Shown: positions 47,282-58,175, numbered from the stretch's first letter. The stretch: DNA of 64,000 nt from Candidatus Hydrothermarchaeota archaeon (GCA_046760505.1 JBHIEG010000005.1:1-64000), one strand, 5' to 3'. The notes: a model not told the origin generated them from the sequence alone. Numbers and translations are program-made.

Positions 47282-48447
47282 TGAGTAGCAGGTTTGATGC
47301 AAAGAGGAGAAGAACGGTAAGAAAGAAGAAAAGTAACGCTCCCTTGATTGCAATCGCAGCAGTAATCATAATCGCTGCAGGTGCCTTCTCCTATCTGTAT
47401 TTACTCAAACCTAAACCCCCGGAGAAGATAACCCCAACTGCTCCAGAAGAAAAAGTTCCAGAAGAAAAGGAAGTAATTCCAGAAAAAGAAGTTCCAGAAG
47501 AAAAAGTTCCGGAAGAAAAGCCACCTGAGACAAAACCTCCAGAAGAAGTACCAAAGGTTACAGAAAATGTGACAAAACCTGCAATTACATTTGTAAAAAA
47601 AATTGTGCTCATCCTTCCAAAGTACAATTTGCCTAGCGGCTTGGAGTTTTCAAAGGAAATAGGTCCAACGTTTCCTTTGGCAAACACAAAGCACACTACC
47701 GGAGTATATACTTTAAACGGCAATCCAGTTCTTTTCGTCCATATTATTGAAGGACCTGACAATGCTAGCGTAAAAACCGTTATGAACCCAATTTTACAGG
47801 ACATGGGTATATCAGGAACAGGGAGAGAAGAAAAAATAGAAGGATACAAGGTAACTTTCTATGAGGAGGTAGCAGGAAAGCCAGAGATTGTTTATGTTTC
47901 CTACTTAAATCAAGCAGGGGTTATAACGACCGGTTCAGGCGCAGTAACCAAAGATTTACTTAGAGAAGTTACTTCAAGAGTATTAAAGGGTGAGATAGGC
48001 GCTAGGGAGATAGTACGCGTAATTACCCTGCCTGAACCCCCGAGGGATGATCTTCCAGAGGGTGTAGCATGGGGCAGACATCCTAGAAATCCAATCATTA
48101 CTGAGAAAAGAGATGCTGAAGGTAACCTCTATCTAAAAGCATACACTGGAATATATTCAGCAAACGGAAAGGGACTTTACGTGCATATAGTAAGAGGAAA
48201 AACTCTTGAAGATACCCAGAAAGAGATTGAGAGCAGATTGAGAGGAATGGGTGCTTACCAAGCATCTAAAAGTACTGAGACAATAAACTGGATACCAGTC
48301 ACAAAGTACACAAATGCCCAAGGAGAGTACAATGTTTTTGGCTATATCTATACTTGGTACAAAGGCGATACCGGTTTTATCGTTGATGCAGTTGAAGGAG
48401 TGAGTGAAGATACAGTAGTAAGCATGGTTAAGAGGGTAATGGAGTAG
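47281..48447 (+). CDS. Membrane-anchored extracellular protein with PEEK-rich linker and two tandem domains
   Basis: Basic N-terminus plus single TM helix, (P)EEK(V) repeats, two homologous globular domains. Confidence 0.8.
   Translation: MSSRFDAKRRRTVRKKKSNAPLIAIAAVIIIAAGAFSYLYLLKPKPPEKITPTAPEEKVPEEKEVIPEKEVPEEKVPEEKPPETKPPEEVPKVTENVTKPAITFVKKIVLILPKYNLPSGLEFSKEIGPTFPLANTKHTTGVYTLNGNPVLFVHIIEGPDNASVKTVMNPILQDMGISGTGREEKIEGYKVTFYEEVAGKPEIVYVSYLNQAGVITTGSGAVTKDLLREVTSRVLKGEIGAREIVRVITLPEPPRDDLPEGVAWGRHPRNPIITEKRDAEGNLYLKAYTGIYSANGKGLYVHIVRGKTLEDTQKEIESRLRGMGAYQASKSTETINWIPVTKYTNAQGEYNVFGYIYTWYKGDTGFIVDAVEGVSEDTVVSMVKRVME
47443..47553 (+). repeat. Degenerate ~15-bp tandem repeat (CCAGAAGAAAAAGTT) encoding PEEKV
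   Basis: Several imperfect copies visible in sequence and in translation (PEEKVPEEKEVIPEKEVPEEKVPEEKPPETKPPEEVP). Confidence 0.8.
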
Positions 48448-48461
48448 TTCGGAGCATTACC

Positions 48462-48869
48462 ATGCCTGTTCGCAAAATAGTAGGTAGAATCTCCTGTCAT
48501 GCAACAGAAGACGAAAGAAGGATAAAAGATTCAATTCGATTTCTCCTTACCGAAAAAGCCAAGGTTAAAGAATTTACACTCCTTGGCCATCATGGAAATC
48601 CTATAAAGGTATTTGAGGCAAGCTTGTCCGATGAAGAAACCATCAAATCAGTGATTTCTAGGCTGAAAGATGGTTTAAGGGAGGACATACACACACTGAG
48701 AGACAGTTTTTCTGAAAGAATTGAAAATAATGTATATTTTTTAAGACTTGATAAGCAGGAACTCGTTAAGGGAGGTTATAAGCTAGCAAATGATGGAGAA
48801 TCCATCCAGTTGAAGATCTTTATAAAGTCCAAAGAAAGATTTTCAACCGAAATGTTTGGTGGGATTTGA
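48462..48869 (+). CDS. Predicted exosome-associated RNA-binding protein (COG1325 type)
   Basis: HATED, GH.GNPI, FLRLDKQ motifs; superoperon position. Confidence 0.88.
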   Translation: MPVRKIVGRISCHATEDERRIKDSIRFLLTEKAKVKEFTLLGHHGNPIKVFEASLSDEETIKSVISRLKDGLREDIHTLRDSFSERIENNVYFLRLDKQELVKGGYKLANDGESIQLKIFIKSKERFSTEMFGGI

Positions 48870-49540
48870 TGTACGATCTCCACGTTCATAGTTCACTCTC
48901 CACTGGATCTACTTCTCCAGTCAAATTAGCCGTGGATGCTAAAAAACTTGGACTAAATGGGATATCTCTAACCGACCTGAGCGATCGCATGGAGTGGAAG
49001 ACACTTGAAAACAATAGAAAAGCTATCTATGAGGAGTTAGATGATTTTAAAATTTTATTAGGGGCGGAAATTAAAGGTACATCTACATACGAGCTGAAAA
49101 AGCAAATAAAAAAATTTAGAAAAAAATGTGATTTAATACTCGTTCACGGAGGAGATTTGAAGATAAATAGATGGGCTGTAAAAGAGAAAGAAGTTGATAT
49201 TCTTGCACATCCAGAACTGTACAGACAGGATAGCGGTCTCGACCATGGTATGGTTAGGTTAGCTGAGAAAAATGACGTGGCGATTGAACTGAATTTTCGT
49301 AATTTATTGTCTACATCCCACTCCTCTAGAGCCAGATTGATAGAGAAGATGAGGAAGAACCTGAGATTGTGCCTGAAGTACAACGCAAGGGTCATTGTAA
49401 CAAGCGGAGCGCACTCCACATATGATTTAAGAGGTCCGTATGATTTCCGCGCCTTTTTGCATATTTTAGGCGCCAAGGAAGATGAAAGTAAAAGGATAAT
49501 AGAAGAAACAGAAAATATCGTAACAAAATGGGGACTCTAA
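48866..49540 (+). CDS. rnp3: Ribonuclease P protein component 3 (Rpp30)
   Basis: DLHVH PHP-like start, V.GGD..INR.A, VDIL.HP, LA....VAIE.N, SGA.S...LR.P. Confidence 0.9.
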   Translation: MMYDLHVHSSLSTGSTSPVKLAVDAKKLGLNGISLTDLSDRMEWKTLENNRKAIYEELDDFKILLGAEIKGTSTYELKKQIKKFRKKCDLILVHGGDLKINRWAVKEKEVDILAHPELYRQDSGLDHGMVRLAEKNDVAIELNFRNLLSTSHSSRARLIEKMRKNLRLCLKYNARVIVTSGAHSTYDLRGPYDFRAFLHILGAKEDESKRIIEETENIVTKWGL

Positions 49541-49921
49541 TTGAAGAAAGATAAGCCAAAAAGACCTAAGCCAAGCCAAAGGAGGAAAAAAAGATATATA
49601 TGCTTCAGGATAGACTATGAAAACCACCCTATAAAAAGAAAAGACCTAATTAGCCTAATATGGAACTCTGTACTGCAAACTATTGGCGAGTTAGGAATGG
49701 GTGAATCGGAATTAAAGTTAATTTCGTTCGATGAGGAAAAACAGGAGGGAATATTGAGGTGTAATCATTACATGGTTGATCACGTAAGATTCTCATTATC
49801 TCTGATTTCTAAAATTAATGATGGTAGGGTTGCCATAAACGTTTTAGGTATCAGCGGTACAATAAGATCAGCAAGGGAAAAGTTTTTAGGAAAGGAAAGA
49901 TCACCTATATCCCAAACCTAA
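49541..49921 (+). CDS. rnp2: Ribonuclease P protein component 2 (Pop5)
   Basis: R.KKRYI.F, GE.G, GILRC, LG.SGTI. Confidence 0.92.
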   Translation: MKKDKPKRPKPSQRRKKRYICFRIDYENHPIKRKDLISLIWNSVLQTIGELGMGESELKLISFDEEKQEGILRCNHYMVDHVRFSLSLISKINDGRVAINVLGISGTIRSAREKFLGKERSPISQT

Positions 49922-50048
49922 GTAAACAAAAAAAGGATAATGAGACAAACTCACACGTAAACAAAGTTATAGAATAAAGTACAGAATAGATGAATATAAA
50001 ACATGATTTAACATAACGATTTTGACTTAAAATTGTGGAGGATAAACA

Positions 50049-50786
50049 ATGCAACCTATGACAATGGGTTATGACAGGGCTATTACTGTTTTTAGTCCTG
50101 ATGGAAGATTGTTTCAAGTAGAATATGCAAGAGAGGCTGTAAAAAGGGGTACCACATCTATAGGAATAAAATGTAAGGATGGAGTTGCACTTCTCGTGGG
50201 TAAGAGACTTACCAGCAGACTAATCGAACCAAAATCCATCGAAAAAATATTTCAAATAGACGAGCACATTGGTGCCTCTACATCAGGTCTCGTGGCTGAC
50301 GCCAGGATTTTGATAGACAGAGCAAGAGTAGAGGCCCAAATAAATCGAATAACCTACAACGAACCTATCAGTGTTGAGACGTTAACCAAAAAAATATGTG
50401 ACCTCAAGCAACTGTACACCCAGCACGGCGGTGTTAGACCCTTTGGCACTGCATTACTAGTAGCAGGTACAGATGGAGATGGTGCCAGATTATTTGAAAC
50501 AGATCCGAGTGGCGCTTTAATTGAGTACATGGCAACCGCTATAGGAGCAGGACGGCCTACCGTGCTAGAAACTTTCGAGGAAAAGTATACCCCTGATATC
50601 GACGTCAATAAGGGCATTGATCTAGCCCTGGAAGCACTTTACCATGTGACCGAGGGAAAATTGAATCAAAACAATTTAGAGATAGCCGTAATTTATGTGG
50701 ATGAGAGAAAATTCACAAAATTCACACCAGAAGAAGTCTCAAAATATGTGGACACGGTTCTCAAGCGATTACGAAAGGAAGAGTGA
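50049..50786 (+). CDS. psmA: Proteasome subunit alpha
   Basis: [44 protein letters not shown]. Confidence 0.98.
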   Translation: MQPMTMGYDRAITVFSPDGRLFQVEYAREAVKRGTTSIGIKCKDGVALLVGKRLTSRLIEPKSIEKIFQIDEHIGASTSGLVADARILIDRARVEAQINRITYNEPISVETLTKKICDLKQLYTQHGGVRPFGTALLVAGTDGDGARLFETDPSGALIEYMATAIGAGRPTVLETFEEKYTPDIDVNKGIDLALEALYHVTEGKLNQNNLEIAVIYVDERKFTKFTPEEVSKYVDTVLKRLRKEE

Positions 50787-51499
50787 AAGTATTGGTTACC
50801 ATAGACGAAGCAGTCATCGCTCGTCTTGAGACTCACGGGGAGAAATTTGAAGTTCTCGTAGACCCAGATAAAGCGGCTGAGATTAAAAAAGGAAAGAAAT
50901 ACGAGCCTAACGAATTTTTAGCCGTGGAAACTATATTTAAAGATGCTAAAAAAGGTGATAAAGCATCTGAAGAGAAAATGAAACTTTTGTTCGGGACAAC
51001 TGATCCCATAGCCATAGCAGAGATAATAATAAAGAAGGGAGAGATTCAGCTTACAACTGAGCAAAGGAGAAGGATTCAGGCAGAGAAAAGACAAAAGATA
51101 GTGTCAATAATTGCAAGAAATGCTATAAATCCTCAAACAAATACGCCACATCCACCAAAAAGGATTGAAAAGGCTTTAGAAGAAGCCAAGGTACACATAG
51201 ATCCCTTTAAAGATGCGGAGGAACAAATACCTGCAATCTTGAAGGCATTGAGACCAATAATCCCATTGAGGTTCGAAGAGAGGACTGTTGCGGTAAAGAT
51301 ACCCTCTAAATACACCGGCTCAGCCTATGGAGTCGTCAAGGAATTCGGTAAGATCACCAAAGAAGAATGGCTGAATGACGGCTCGTGGGTTTTTTTGATC
51401 AAAATACCAGCTGGCATTCAGGATGAATTCTATTCTAAATTAAATAAATTAACCAAGGGAGAAGCACAAACAAAAATAATCGAGAAGGGATCAAAATGA
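50783..51499 (+). CDS. Ribosome maturation factor SBDS/Sdo1
   Basis: GE.FE.LVDP, GEIQLT.EQRR, INPQT..PHPP.RIE.A, EEW..DGS. Confidence 0.95.
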   Translation: MKVLVTIDEAVIARLETHGEKFEVLVDPDKAAEIKKGKKYEPNEFLAVETIFKDAKKGDKASEEKMKLLFGTTDPIAIAEIIIKKGEIQLTTEQRRRIQAEKRQKIVSIIARNAINPQTNTPHPPKRIEKALEEAKVHIDPFKDAEEQIPAILKALRPIIPLRFEERTVAVKIPSKYTGSAYGVVKEFGKITKEEWLNDGSWVFLIKIPAGIQDEFYSKLNKLTKGEAQTKIIEKGSK

Positions 51500-52197
51500 A
51501 AAAAACTTCACATCCAAGAAAAATTGTGGTTCCTGGAGATATCTTGGCGGAAAAATGGAAAAATCCTCCAATTTATGGCACGTATCTAGATGGCGATAAA
51601 CTCTGTTCATCCGTGGTTGGCGTGGTAGAAGTAAAAAACGACAGGGTAAAGATAATTCCTCTACAGGGAAAATATATCCCAAGAGAAGGAGACAAGGTTA
51701 TCGGCAAGATAATTGAAGTCCGTTTCTCAAATTGGCTTGTAGACGTAAATGCAGTCTATCCCGTAACCATGCACGTGGCCGACGTTGTTTCTGGTAAGAT
51801 AGATGTTCAAAACACAGATATTAGGAAGATCTATGATGTAGGAGATGTTGTTTATGGTGTGATAAGCAGGATAGATGAGCTAAGGAGAGTATCGATGTCT
51901 TGCAAGGGTAAGGGACTCGGCAAGATAAGAGGGGGAAGATTGCTGACCCTTACATACGCAAAGGTTCCTCGATTAATAGGAAGAGGCGGATCAATGATAA
52001 ATCTGATTAGGGAAAAAATGAACCTGAGGTACATTATAGGACAGAATGGGATAATTTGGGTTGATGGACCAGATAGAGACATCGAGTTAATGGCAAACAT
52101 GATTAATATGATAGAGAAGGAATCGCATACCACTGGTCTTACAGACAGGGTCAGAGCGATGTTAGAGGAAAGCATGGAGAGTGATTCAAATGGATAA
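51496..52197 (+). CDS. rrp4: Exosome RNA-binding subunit Rrp4
   Basis: VVPGD, IPL.G.Y.P..GD.VIG, KVPRLIG..GSMI, GQNG.IW, SHT.GLT. Confidence 0.95.
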   Translation: MKKTSHPRKIVVPGDILAEKWKNPPIYGTYLDGDKLCSSVVGVVEVKNDRVKIIPLQGKYIPREGDKVIGKIIEVRFSNWLVDVNAVYPVTMHVADVVSGKIDVQNTDIRKIYDVGDVVYGVISRIDELRRVSMSCKGKGLGKIRGGRLLTLTYAKVPRLIGRGGSMINLIREKMNLRYIIGQNGIIWVDGPDRDIELMANMINMIEKESHTTGLTDRVRAMLEESMESDSNG

Positions 52198-52924
52198 ACC
52201 CGAATATTTAGTGAAGGACGGCATAAGATTAGATGGCAGGAGATTGGATGAACTGAGACCGCTCAGCATAGAGGCAGGCATCTTAAAAAGAGCGGATGGA
52301 TCCGCTTACGTTACATTAGGGAACAACAAGATAATTGCAGCCGTCTATGGTCCGAGGGAGGTCCATCCCAGACATCTCCAAAAGTTGGACACTGCGATAG
52401 TAAGGTGTAGGTACAACATGGCTCCATTTTCCGTAAGGGAAAGAAAAAGACCGGGTCCGGATAGAAGGTCTGTTGAGATATCAAAGGTTATCAGAGAAGC
52501 GCTGGAGCCAGCGTTATTCGTTGAAGATTTTCCCAGGACTAGCATAGATATATTTATTGAAGTACTAGAATCCGACGCCGGTACAAGATGTATGGGTATT
52601 ACCGCTGCTTCCGTAGCCCTGGCCGATGCAGGAGTACCTATGAAAGACCTTGTATCCGGTGTTTCTGTTGGCAAGATAGACGGAAACATCGCCTTGGATC
52701 TGAACGGAATAGAGGATAACTACGGAGAAGCAGATATGCCGGTCGCAATAATGTCCAAAAAGGAGGAAATAACGCTTCTCCAGATGGATGGTCATCTAAC
52801 AGAAGAAGAATTTAAAGAAGGTCTAAAAAAGGCAATAAGCGTATGTAAAGAAATTTATAAAGAGCAAAGAAACGCATTGAAGAGAAAATATGCGCCTAGG
52901 GTAGGAGGAAATAAAAATGACTGA
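52190..52924 (+). CDS. rrp41: Exosome exonuclease Rrp41
   Basis: R.DGR..DELRP, ADGSAY, YGPRE, Y.MAPFS..ERK.PGP.RR, DAGTR, LLQMDG. Confidence 0.97.
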   Translation: MDKPEYLVKDGIRLDGRRLDELRPLSIEAGILKRADGSAYVTLGNNKIIAAVYGPREVHPRHLQKLDTAIVRCRYNMAPFSVRERKRPGPDRRSVEISKVIREALEPALFVEDFPRTSIDIFIEVLESDAGTRCMGITAASVALADAGVPMKDLVSGVSVGKIDGNIALDLNGIEDNYGEADMPVAIMSKKEEITLLQMDGHLTEEEFKEGLKKAISVCKEIYKEQRNALKRKYAPRVGGNKND

Positions 52925-53717
52925 AGTGGTGGCTGAGATAAAAAAAGATTACATACACAACCTTGTTAAAAACAATAAAAGGATTGATGGACGACATTTT
53001 GAAGAATATAGAGAAATAAGCATAGAAACAGGAATCATCTCCCATGCAAATGGTTCTGCCCTTGTAAAAATAGGGAATACTCAGGTGATAGTGGGAATTA
53101 AGGCAGAAATTGGGGAACCCTTTTCAGACACCCCAGACAAGGGAGTACTTACAACAAATGTAGAGCTGGTTCCTCTAGCGAGCCCAACATTTGAGCCCGG
53201 CCCCCCAGATGAAAATTCAATTGAAATAGCAAGAGTTGTGGATAGAGGAATTCGAGAAGGTAAAATGATAGATCTAGATAACCTCTGCATCATCGAAGGA
53301 AAAAAGGTGTGGGTGATATTTATAGATGTTCACGTCCTAGATCATGACGGAAATTTAATAGATGCTTCTGCACTAGGGGCTGTTGCTGCCTTATTAAACT
53401 CGAAAATTCCTAAGGTTGAGGTTGTTAACGACGAGGTTATAATAAACGAAAAGGAACTTATACCCTTGCCTATAAATTCCGTGCCGGTTTACTGTACCAT
53501 GGGGAAGATCGACGACAAGCTTATAGTAGATCCCGTGCTTGATGAGGAGATGGTCATGTCAGGTAGATTGACCTTTGTTTTGCTAGAGGATAACACAATA
53601 TGCGCCATGCAAAAAGGAGAAAATGAAACATTTAAATTGGAAGAGGTATTCTCAGCACTGGAAAAAGCAAAGAAAAACGCATCCAAGATCAGATCAATGC
53701 TGAGGGGGGTAATATGA
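52917..53717 (+). CDS. rrp42: Exosome subunit Rrp42
   Basis: RIDGR...[32 protein letters not shown]...EE, QK. Confidence 0.96.
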   Translation: MTEVVAEIKKDYIHNLVKNNKRIDGRHFEEYREISIETGIISHANGSALVKIGNTQVIVGIKAEIGEPFSDTPDKGVLTTNVELVPLASPTFEPGPPDENSIEIARVVDRGIREGKMIDLDNLCIIEGKKVWVIFIDVHVLDHDGNLIDASALGAVAALLNSKIPKVEVVNDEVIINEKELIPLPINSVPVYCTMGKIDDKLIVDPVLDEEMVMSGRLTFVLLEDNTICAMQKGENETFKLEEVFSALEKAKKNASKIRSMLRGVI

Positions 53718-53974
53718 CAAAGAAAGTGGGACCAACAGGACGTTTTGGGCCAAGATACGGTAGGAGACTCAGAAAACTGGTGGCAGATATTGAAAGAAAG
53801 TCTAAGGTCAAGCATAAATGTGTAAAATGCGGAGAAACTGTGTTAAAGCGAACAGGGACTGGTATATGGAAATGTAAAAAATGTGGAAGCGTAATGGCTG
53901 GGGGCGCATACACCCCAACTACGCCTGGAGGAGATGAGGTAGAGAGGGTAATCAAACGTATGGAAGGAGAGTAA
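53714..53974 (+). CDS. rpl37ae: 50S ribosomal protein L37ae (eL43)
   Basis: GRFGPRYG, CxxC...R.GTGIW.CxxC...AGGAY. Confidence 0.96.
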   Translation: MTKKVGPTGRFGPRYGRRLRKLVADIERKSKVKHKCVKCGETVLKRTGTGIWKCKKCGSVMAGGAYTPTTPGGDEVERVIKRMEGE

Positions 53975-53975
53975 G

Positions 53976-54125
53976 ATGTATAAATGTGCGAATCCAGATT
54001 GCAACAGGGAAATATTGGATATTGAAGAAAAAACTGGACTTATTGGAGTAAGATGCCCATACTGCGGCCACAGAATTATATTCAAAAAGAGGGCCCCCTT
54101 TAGAAAAAAGATTAGGGCAAGATAA
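53976..54125 (+). CDS. rpoP: RNA polymerase subunit P (Rpo12)
   Basis: Manual translation MYKCANPDCNREILDIEEKTGLIGVRCPYCGHRIIFKKRAPFRKKIRAR; below the ORF-track cutoff; conserved position after rpl37ae. Confidence 0.9.
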   Translation: MYKCANPDCNREILDIEEKTGLIGVRCPYCGHRIIFKKRAPFRKKIRAR

Positions 54126-54598
54126 TGCTGATAACGAGTTCTCTTAATCCAAGCAGGAAGACGCGCCTTCTGTGCAGAGATCTCGAAAGAGCTATATGGA
54201 ACGCCACTTACTTGCCGAGAGGAAAATTAAAACTTGAAGATATATTTCTGGAAGGAAAAAAACGCAAAAAAAAAGTAATATGCTTCATCAAGGAATTTGG
54301 AAAGAGACCGGGAGTTTTAGAGTTTACCGATACCGAAGGAAACATCATCTTAAAAATAAGGATCAGGGACATTTTATTCCAAAAGGATATTAGGAAGAAA
54401 CCCAGTAGGATGATTCACCACATAAAGGTCTTGGATGCCTCCAAGAATGGTAGTAACAAAAAATTGGTAGAAAAACTTTCATCTGTCTTTGGTAAAGAGG
54501 GTGAACTGAAACTCTTGGTCGATCGGGAGAAGATGGGTTTCGTTTACAAAGGAAAAGAAATTGGTCCAAGATTATATATTCATTCGGTGGATATATGA
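54125..54598 (+). CDS. Brix/Imp4-like ribosome biogenesis protein
   Basis: MLITSS..PS.KTR..C.DL, RGK, G.P..L.F, GP; superoperon position. Confidence 0.85.
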   Translation: MLITSSLNPSRKTRLLCRDLERAIWNATYLPRGKLKLEDIFLEGKKRKKKVICFIKEFGKRPGVLEFTDTEGNIILKIRIRDILFQKDIRKKPSRMIHHIKVLDASKNGSNKKLVEKLSSVFGKEGELKLLVDREKMGFVYKGKEIGPRLYIHSVDI

Positions 54599-54984
54599 GG
54601 AATGAAGTTGTCATCGAAATTCCATGCAATGAGCATATGTACGGTATCCTCAAAGAATCGTTAATTAGAGAGGTTGATCTTTCAAGAAAAAGACAAGAGG
54701 TAGATATAAATTATTGTGATGGATTACTAATAATAAATATAAGAACTCGAGATCTCCCTTCGTTAAGGGCAGGAGTAAACACTTATTTAAGGTTGGTGTT
54801 ATTAATCCAACAGATTGCGAGGTGGTTAAATGAGTGCCGAGATTCCGCAGCATATAAGACATCAGATAGCCCAACTTCAGCAGATGCAACAGCAAGCACA
54901 AGCAATAGTCAATCAAAGATATCAGATAGAACTACAACTAAAGGAAACAGAAAAAGCACTGGAAGAACTCAACAAAAGTTCTGA
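54595..54984 (+). CDS. pcc1: KEOPS Pcc1-like subunit (with C-terminal read-through into prefoldin gene)
   Basis: L.I.I...DL.SLRA.VNTYLRL motif; position before prefoldin beta. Confidence 0.78.
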   Translation: MRNEVVIEIPCNEHMYGILKESLIREVDLSRKRQEVDINYCDGLLIINIRTRDLPSLRAGVNTYLRLVLLIQQIARWLNECRDSAAYKTSDSPTSADATASTSNSQSKISDRTTTKGNRKSTGRTQQKF

Positions 54985-55195
54985 AGGAGCAACAGTTTAT
55001 AAGGCGGTTGGCAGTATACTGATAAAATCTGAGAAAAATCTCCTTGAAGAGGAGTTGAATGAGAGGAAAGAGACCCTCGAACTCAAAGTTCAAACCCTTA
55101 AAAGACAAGAAGAAAGATTACAAACGAAGATACAGGAAAGACAGCAAAAACTTCAACAAGAACTTCAAGGATCTTCATTAGGAATGGCGGGATGA
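54830..55195 (+). CDS. pfdB: Prefoldin subunit beta
   Basis: Q-rich coiled coil, E.EKAL.EL, VYK.VG.ILI, L.ER.E.LE. Confidence 0.95.
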   Translation: MSAEIPQHIRHQIAQLQQMQQQAQAIVNQRYQIELQLKETEKALEELNKSSEGATVYKAVGSILIKSEKNLLEEELNERKETLELKVQTLKRQEERLQTKIQERQQKLQQELQGSSLGMAG

Positions 55196-56178
55196 AGGAA
55201 TTAATAGAATACTTCGAAAAGAACAGAAATAAAAAATTTTTAATCCTTTCACACCATAATTCGGATGCAGATGCCATAAGTAGTAGCATCTGCTTGAGAG
55301 ACATAATAAAAAAGAAGTATCCTGATTTTAACTGTTCAATAGGCGTGGCAAAGAGCGCAAACAAATTCGTTAGGGAACTTTTCGATGTGGATATAATTAG
55401 TAATCCAGATTTAGAAGAATACGACGAGATAATTGTTGTTGATACGGGAAGTATGGATCAACTTAGCCCTTTGAAGCCAGATAACTTCGTTTTGATTGAT
55501 CATCATGTGGTACATCCTGATATGGTAAAGAAAAGTAAGATCCATCTCGTCGATCCAAATGCATCATCTACAGCAGAGATCATATATGAACTATCCAAGG
55601 AGATGAACGTTTTCGACGAAAACATCTTAAAAAATATCGTAATCGGAATAATGGCGGATACTGGCCATTTACGCTTTTCAACTCCAAGAACTCTTAAAAA
55701 CTTGGCAGAGATCTTGGAAAAGACTAACTGCGAAATTGAAGATTACTTCAGGATTATGGATGGAAAATTAGATGTCTCACAAAGGATAGCTCATATAAAG
55801 GCATCTAAGAGGGCAAAGATAACCAGAAATAACGATATCCTGATCGCAACTTCTTTCGTTAGTGCCTTCGAGTCTTCTGCCGCGAGAGCTCTTTTATCTC
55901 TAGGTGCAGACATAGCCTTCGTAGCCTCTAAAAAAGAGGACGAGATAAGAGTCAGTGGCAGGACTACAGGTGAGATGATAAAGAGAGGAGTAAATCTTGC
56001 GGAGATTATGAAGGAAATAGGAGACTTAATAGAAGGAAGTGGTGGAGGGCACCCTGGCGCTGCGGGAGCAAACGGAGTTAAGGGAGAGATTGAAGGAATC
56101 TTGGATGCGTGCGTAAATCTAACTCTAAAACAGCTGGACCCAAAATCTATTGCTTCTGATAAAGTTCCTTCCTCCTAG
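55192..56178 (+). CDS. DHH/DHHA1 phosphoesterase (NrnA-like)
   Basis: HHN.DADA, VDT, IDHH, SSTAEI, GI..DTG, GGGH..AAG. Confidence 0.9.
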   Translation: MKELIEYFEKNRNKKFLILSHHNSDADAISSSICLRDIIKKKYPDFNCSIGVAKSANKFVRELFDVDIISNPDLEEYDEIIVVDTGSMDQLSPLKPDNFVLIDHHVVHPDMVKKSKIHLVDPNASSTAEIIYELSKEMNVFDENILKNIVIGIMADTGHLRFSTPRTLKNLAEILEKTNCEIEDYFRIMDGKLDVSQRIAHIKASKRAKITRNNDILIATSFVSAFESSAARALLSLGADIAFVASKKEDEIRVSGRTTGEMIKRGVNLAEIMKEIGDLIEGSGGGHPGAAGANGVKGEIEGILDACVNLTLKQLDPKSIASDKVPSS

Positions 56179-57007
56179 CCTCTAGTAGATCATTTTCCTG
56201 ACCCAAGAATTCTGCTGCCGTTAAAATCCTTACATCTTGATCTTCCGCTGCCTCAAATACATTTTCTATCCTTTTTTTCCATTCCAGATCTCTGAGGAAG
56301 TGATGATCAACTACGAAATCTTTTACGATGGTTTCGTTGATTATTTTTGTCATATTCTCAACTGATTTTTCCAGACTGAGTTTTGAGTAGCGGAAACCTA
56401 GCATATAAGTCATTGGTCCGTCTAGGAAAATTGTTCGGGGATTTTCTTGAATTATGAAGTTAGTTTGCTCATCAATGCTAGGACCTTCTACATCCGATGT
56501 AAAGAGAAAGCGATCTTCACCCTCTACTATTGACACCTCTGTTACATACCCCAACTTGCTGCTGGTCCCATGAAATACGGGAGCTGAGAATCTAATCTGA
56601 GTATCCCCAAACGTAAATTCTCTACCATCTGAATACTCTAAAGTTTTAGGCAAGCCCTCTATTTGATCCAAAAAATATTTTGCCCTTTTTTTCTGGCTAT
56701 AGTTTATATTCTGAGTAGGATGCTTGATGAGGGCGATCTTGTCGCGGTAAATCTCGGGTTCATTTGGATCGTGGTGGTCATAGTGATAATGGGTTACCGC
56801 GAGAACATCTGACATCTCAGCGTATTTCTTAATTTCACTCCAGTGGGTGTTCATTCTTTCTATCTCTATTGGATGGGGGGATAATCCGTATCTGGTCGGT
56901 GCCAATGAAACTCCTGGATCTAAAAGTATCTTAACATCTTCTGTCTCTACATAAGTGGCCATGCTTCTAGTTCCTAGGGAATCGAATGCAATTGGCAATA
57001 TTTTCAT
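56147..57007 (-). CDS. UPF0282 metallo-beta-lactamase-fold hydrolase
   Basis: DSLG.RSMAT, DPG.SL.P.R..L.P, THYHYDHH, SD..GP, DHH.LRD, LLEA.R..L. Confidence 0.9.
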   Translation of the reverse strand: MKILPIAFDSLGTRSMATYVETEDVKILLDPGVSLAPTRYGLSPHPIEIERMNTHWSEIKKYAEMSDVLAVTHYHYDHHDPNEPEIYRDKIALIKHPTQNINYSQKKRAKYFLDQIEGLPKTLEYSDGREFTFGDTQIRFSAPVFHGTSSKLGYVTEVSIVEGEDRFLFTSDVEGPSIDEQTNFIIQENPRTIFLDGPMTYMLGFRYSKLSLEKSVENMTKIINETIVKDFVVDHHFLRDLEWKKRIENVFEAAEDQDVRILTAAEFLGQENDLLEARRKELYQKQ

Positions 57008-57013
57008 TTTTTA

Positions 57014-58105
57014 TCACCTCTTCAATCTAATGCTAACCACATCATTATCATGCAGAATATAATCCAATCCTACTCTTTGCCCATCAAACTTTCCTGAGCC
57101 CCAGATCTGGGCGTACGAAAATCTTCTGACAAAGTCTCTGTGTAATTTTTCACAAACATCTCTAACTGTGGAACCCTCTTTCAATATCATGGGCTCTTCA
57201 TAATCGACCTCTCCTCTTTGAGGTTTAAGGTAAACTCTTATAAATTTCAATTTTCTGTATATTTCATCTACCAATATATCTACGTTCGTTCCATTAAGAG
57301 CAGAGATCGGTATGACCTCAGAATTAAACTCCGAGGAGATTTTCTCGACCTCTTCTTCATCCAGCAGATCAATCTTATTCAGAGCCAGAATGCATGGAAT
57401 GTAAACCCTGTTTCCCATAAGCGCGTCAATGAATCTATCTAAGGTTATGTCTTCTCTTATGGTGATCTCAGCATTGTGAATGCCGTACTCCCTCAATACT
57501 GCGAGAATAGTATTTTCTTCCAGTTCCTTAATTTTTCTTGAAAAATTTAATTTAATGCCGCCTTGTCCAAGTTTTTTTATCTTTACCTTAGGTGGTTCTT
57601 CGTTAATCCTAACACCAGTTTCATACAATTCTTTTTTTATGTTTTCAAACTGCTTTTTATCAAATGGATCCAACATTATAAGTATTAGATCTGCATTCCT
57701 TATAACAGATATTACTTCTTTTCCCTTCCCTTTACCCTTAGAGGCCCCCTCTATGAGACCTGGAACATCGAAAATCTGGATCATTGCGCCCTTATATTCT
57801 AGCATTCCGGGTATAACGTCCATCGTTGTGAATGCATAAGAATCAACCCTTGAATTTGCCTGAGTAATCCTGTTCAGTAGGGTGGATTTTCCCACGGATG
57901 GATAGCCTACCAAGACAACGGTAGCGTCGCCGCTTTTCTTCACAGCAAACTTTTTTCCCTTTCTCTTTGATGACTTTTTTATCCTTTCTTCCTTTAATTT
58001 CGCGAGTTTTGCCTTTAATTTACCGACGTGGTGCTGAGTGGCTTTGTTATACGGTGTATTTTTGATTTCTTCCTCTATCTGTCTGATTTTCTCATCTACA
58101 TCCAT
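57014..58105 (-). CDS. DRG-family OBG GTPase
   Basis: TPYNKATQHH.G.LKAKLA, GYPSVGKS, YAFTT, DVPGLIEGA..GKG.G, NKID, TGS domain. Confidence 0.95.
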   Translation of the reverse strand: MDVDEKIRQIEEEIKNTPYNKATQHHVGKLKAKLAKLKEERIKKSSKRKGKKFAVKKSGDATVVLVGYPSVGKSTLLNRITQANSRVDSYAFTTMDVIPGMLEYKGAMIQIFDVPGLIEGASKGKGKGKEVISVIRNADLILIMLDPFDKKQFENIKKELYETGVRINEEPPKVKIKKLGQGGIKLNFSRKIKELEENTILAVLREYGIHNAEITIREDITLDRFIDALMGNRVYIPCILALNKIDLLDEEEVEKISSEFNSEVIPISALNGTNVDILVDEIYRKLKFIRVYLKPQRGEVDYEEPMILKEGSTVRDVCEKLHRDFVRRFSYAQIWGSGKFDGQRVGLDYILHDNDVVSIRLKR

Positions 58106-58175
58106 AAGAAGAACACCGTTGATTTAGCCTCATCTTCATTGATTTATTAAAATGGGATAAACTTTAAATGTTATC

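Noticed and set aside
49922-50048. GTAAACAAA direct repeat upstream of psmA
   Set aside because: Two copies of an A-rich 9-mer; insufficient support for an operator.
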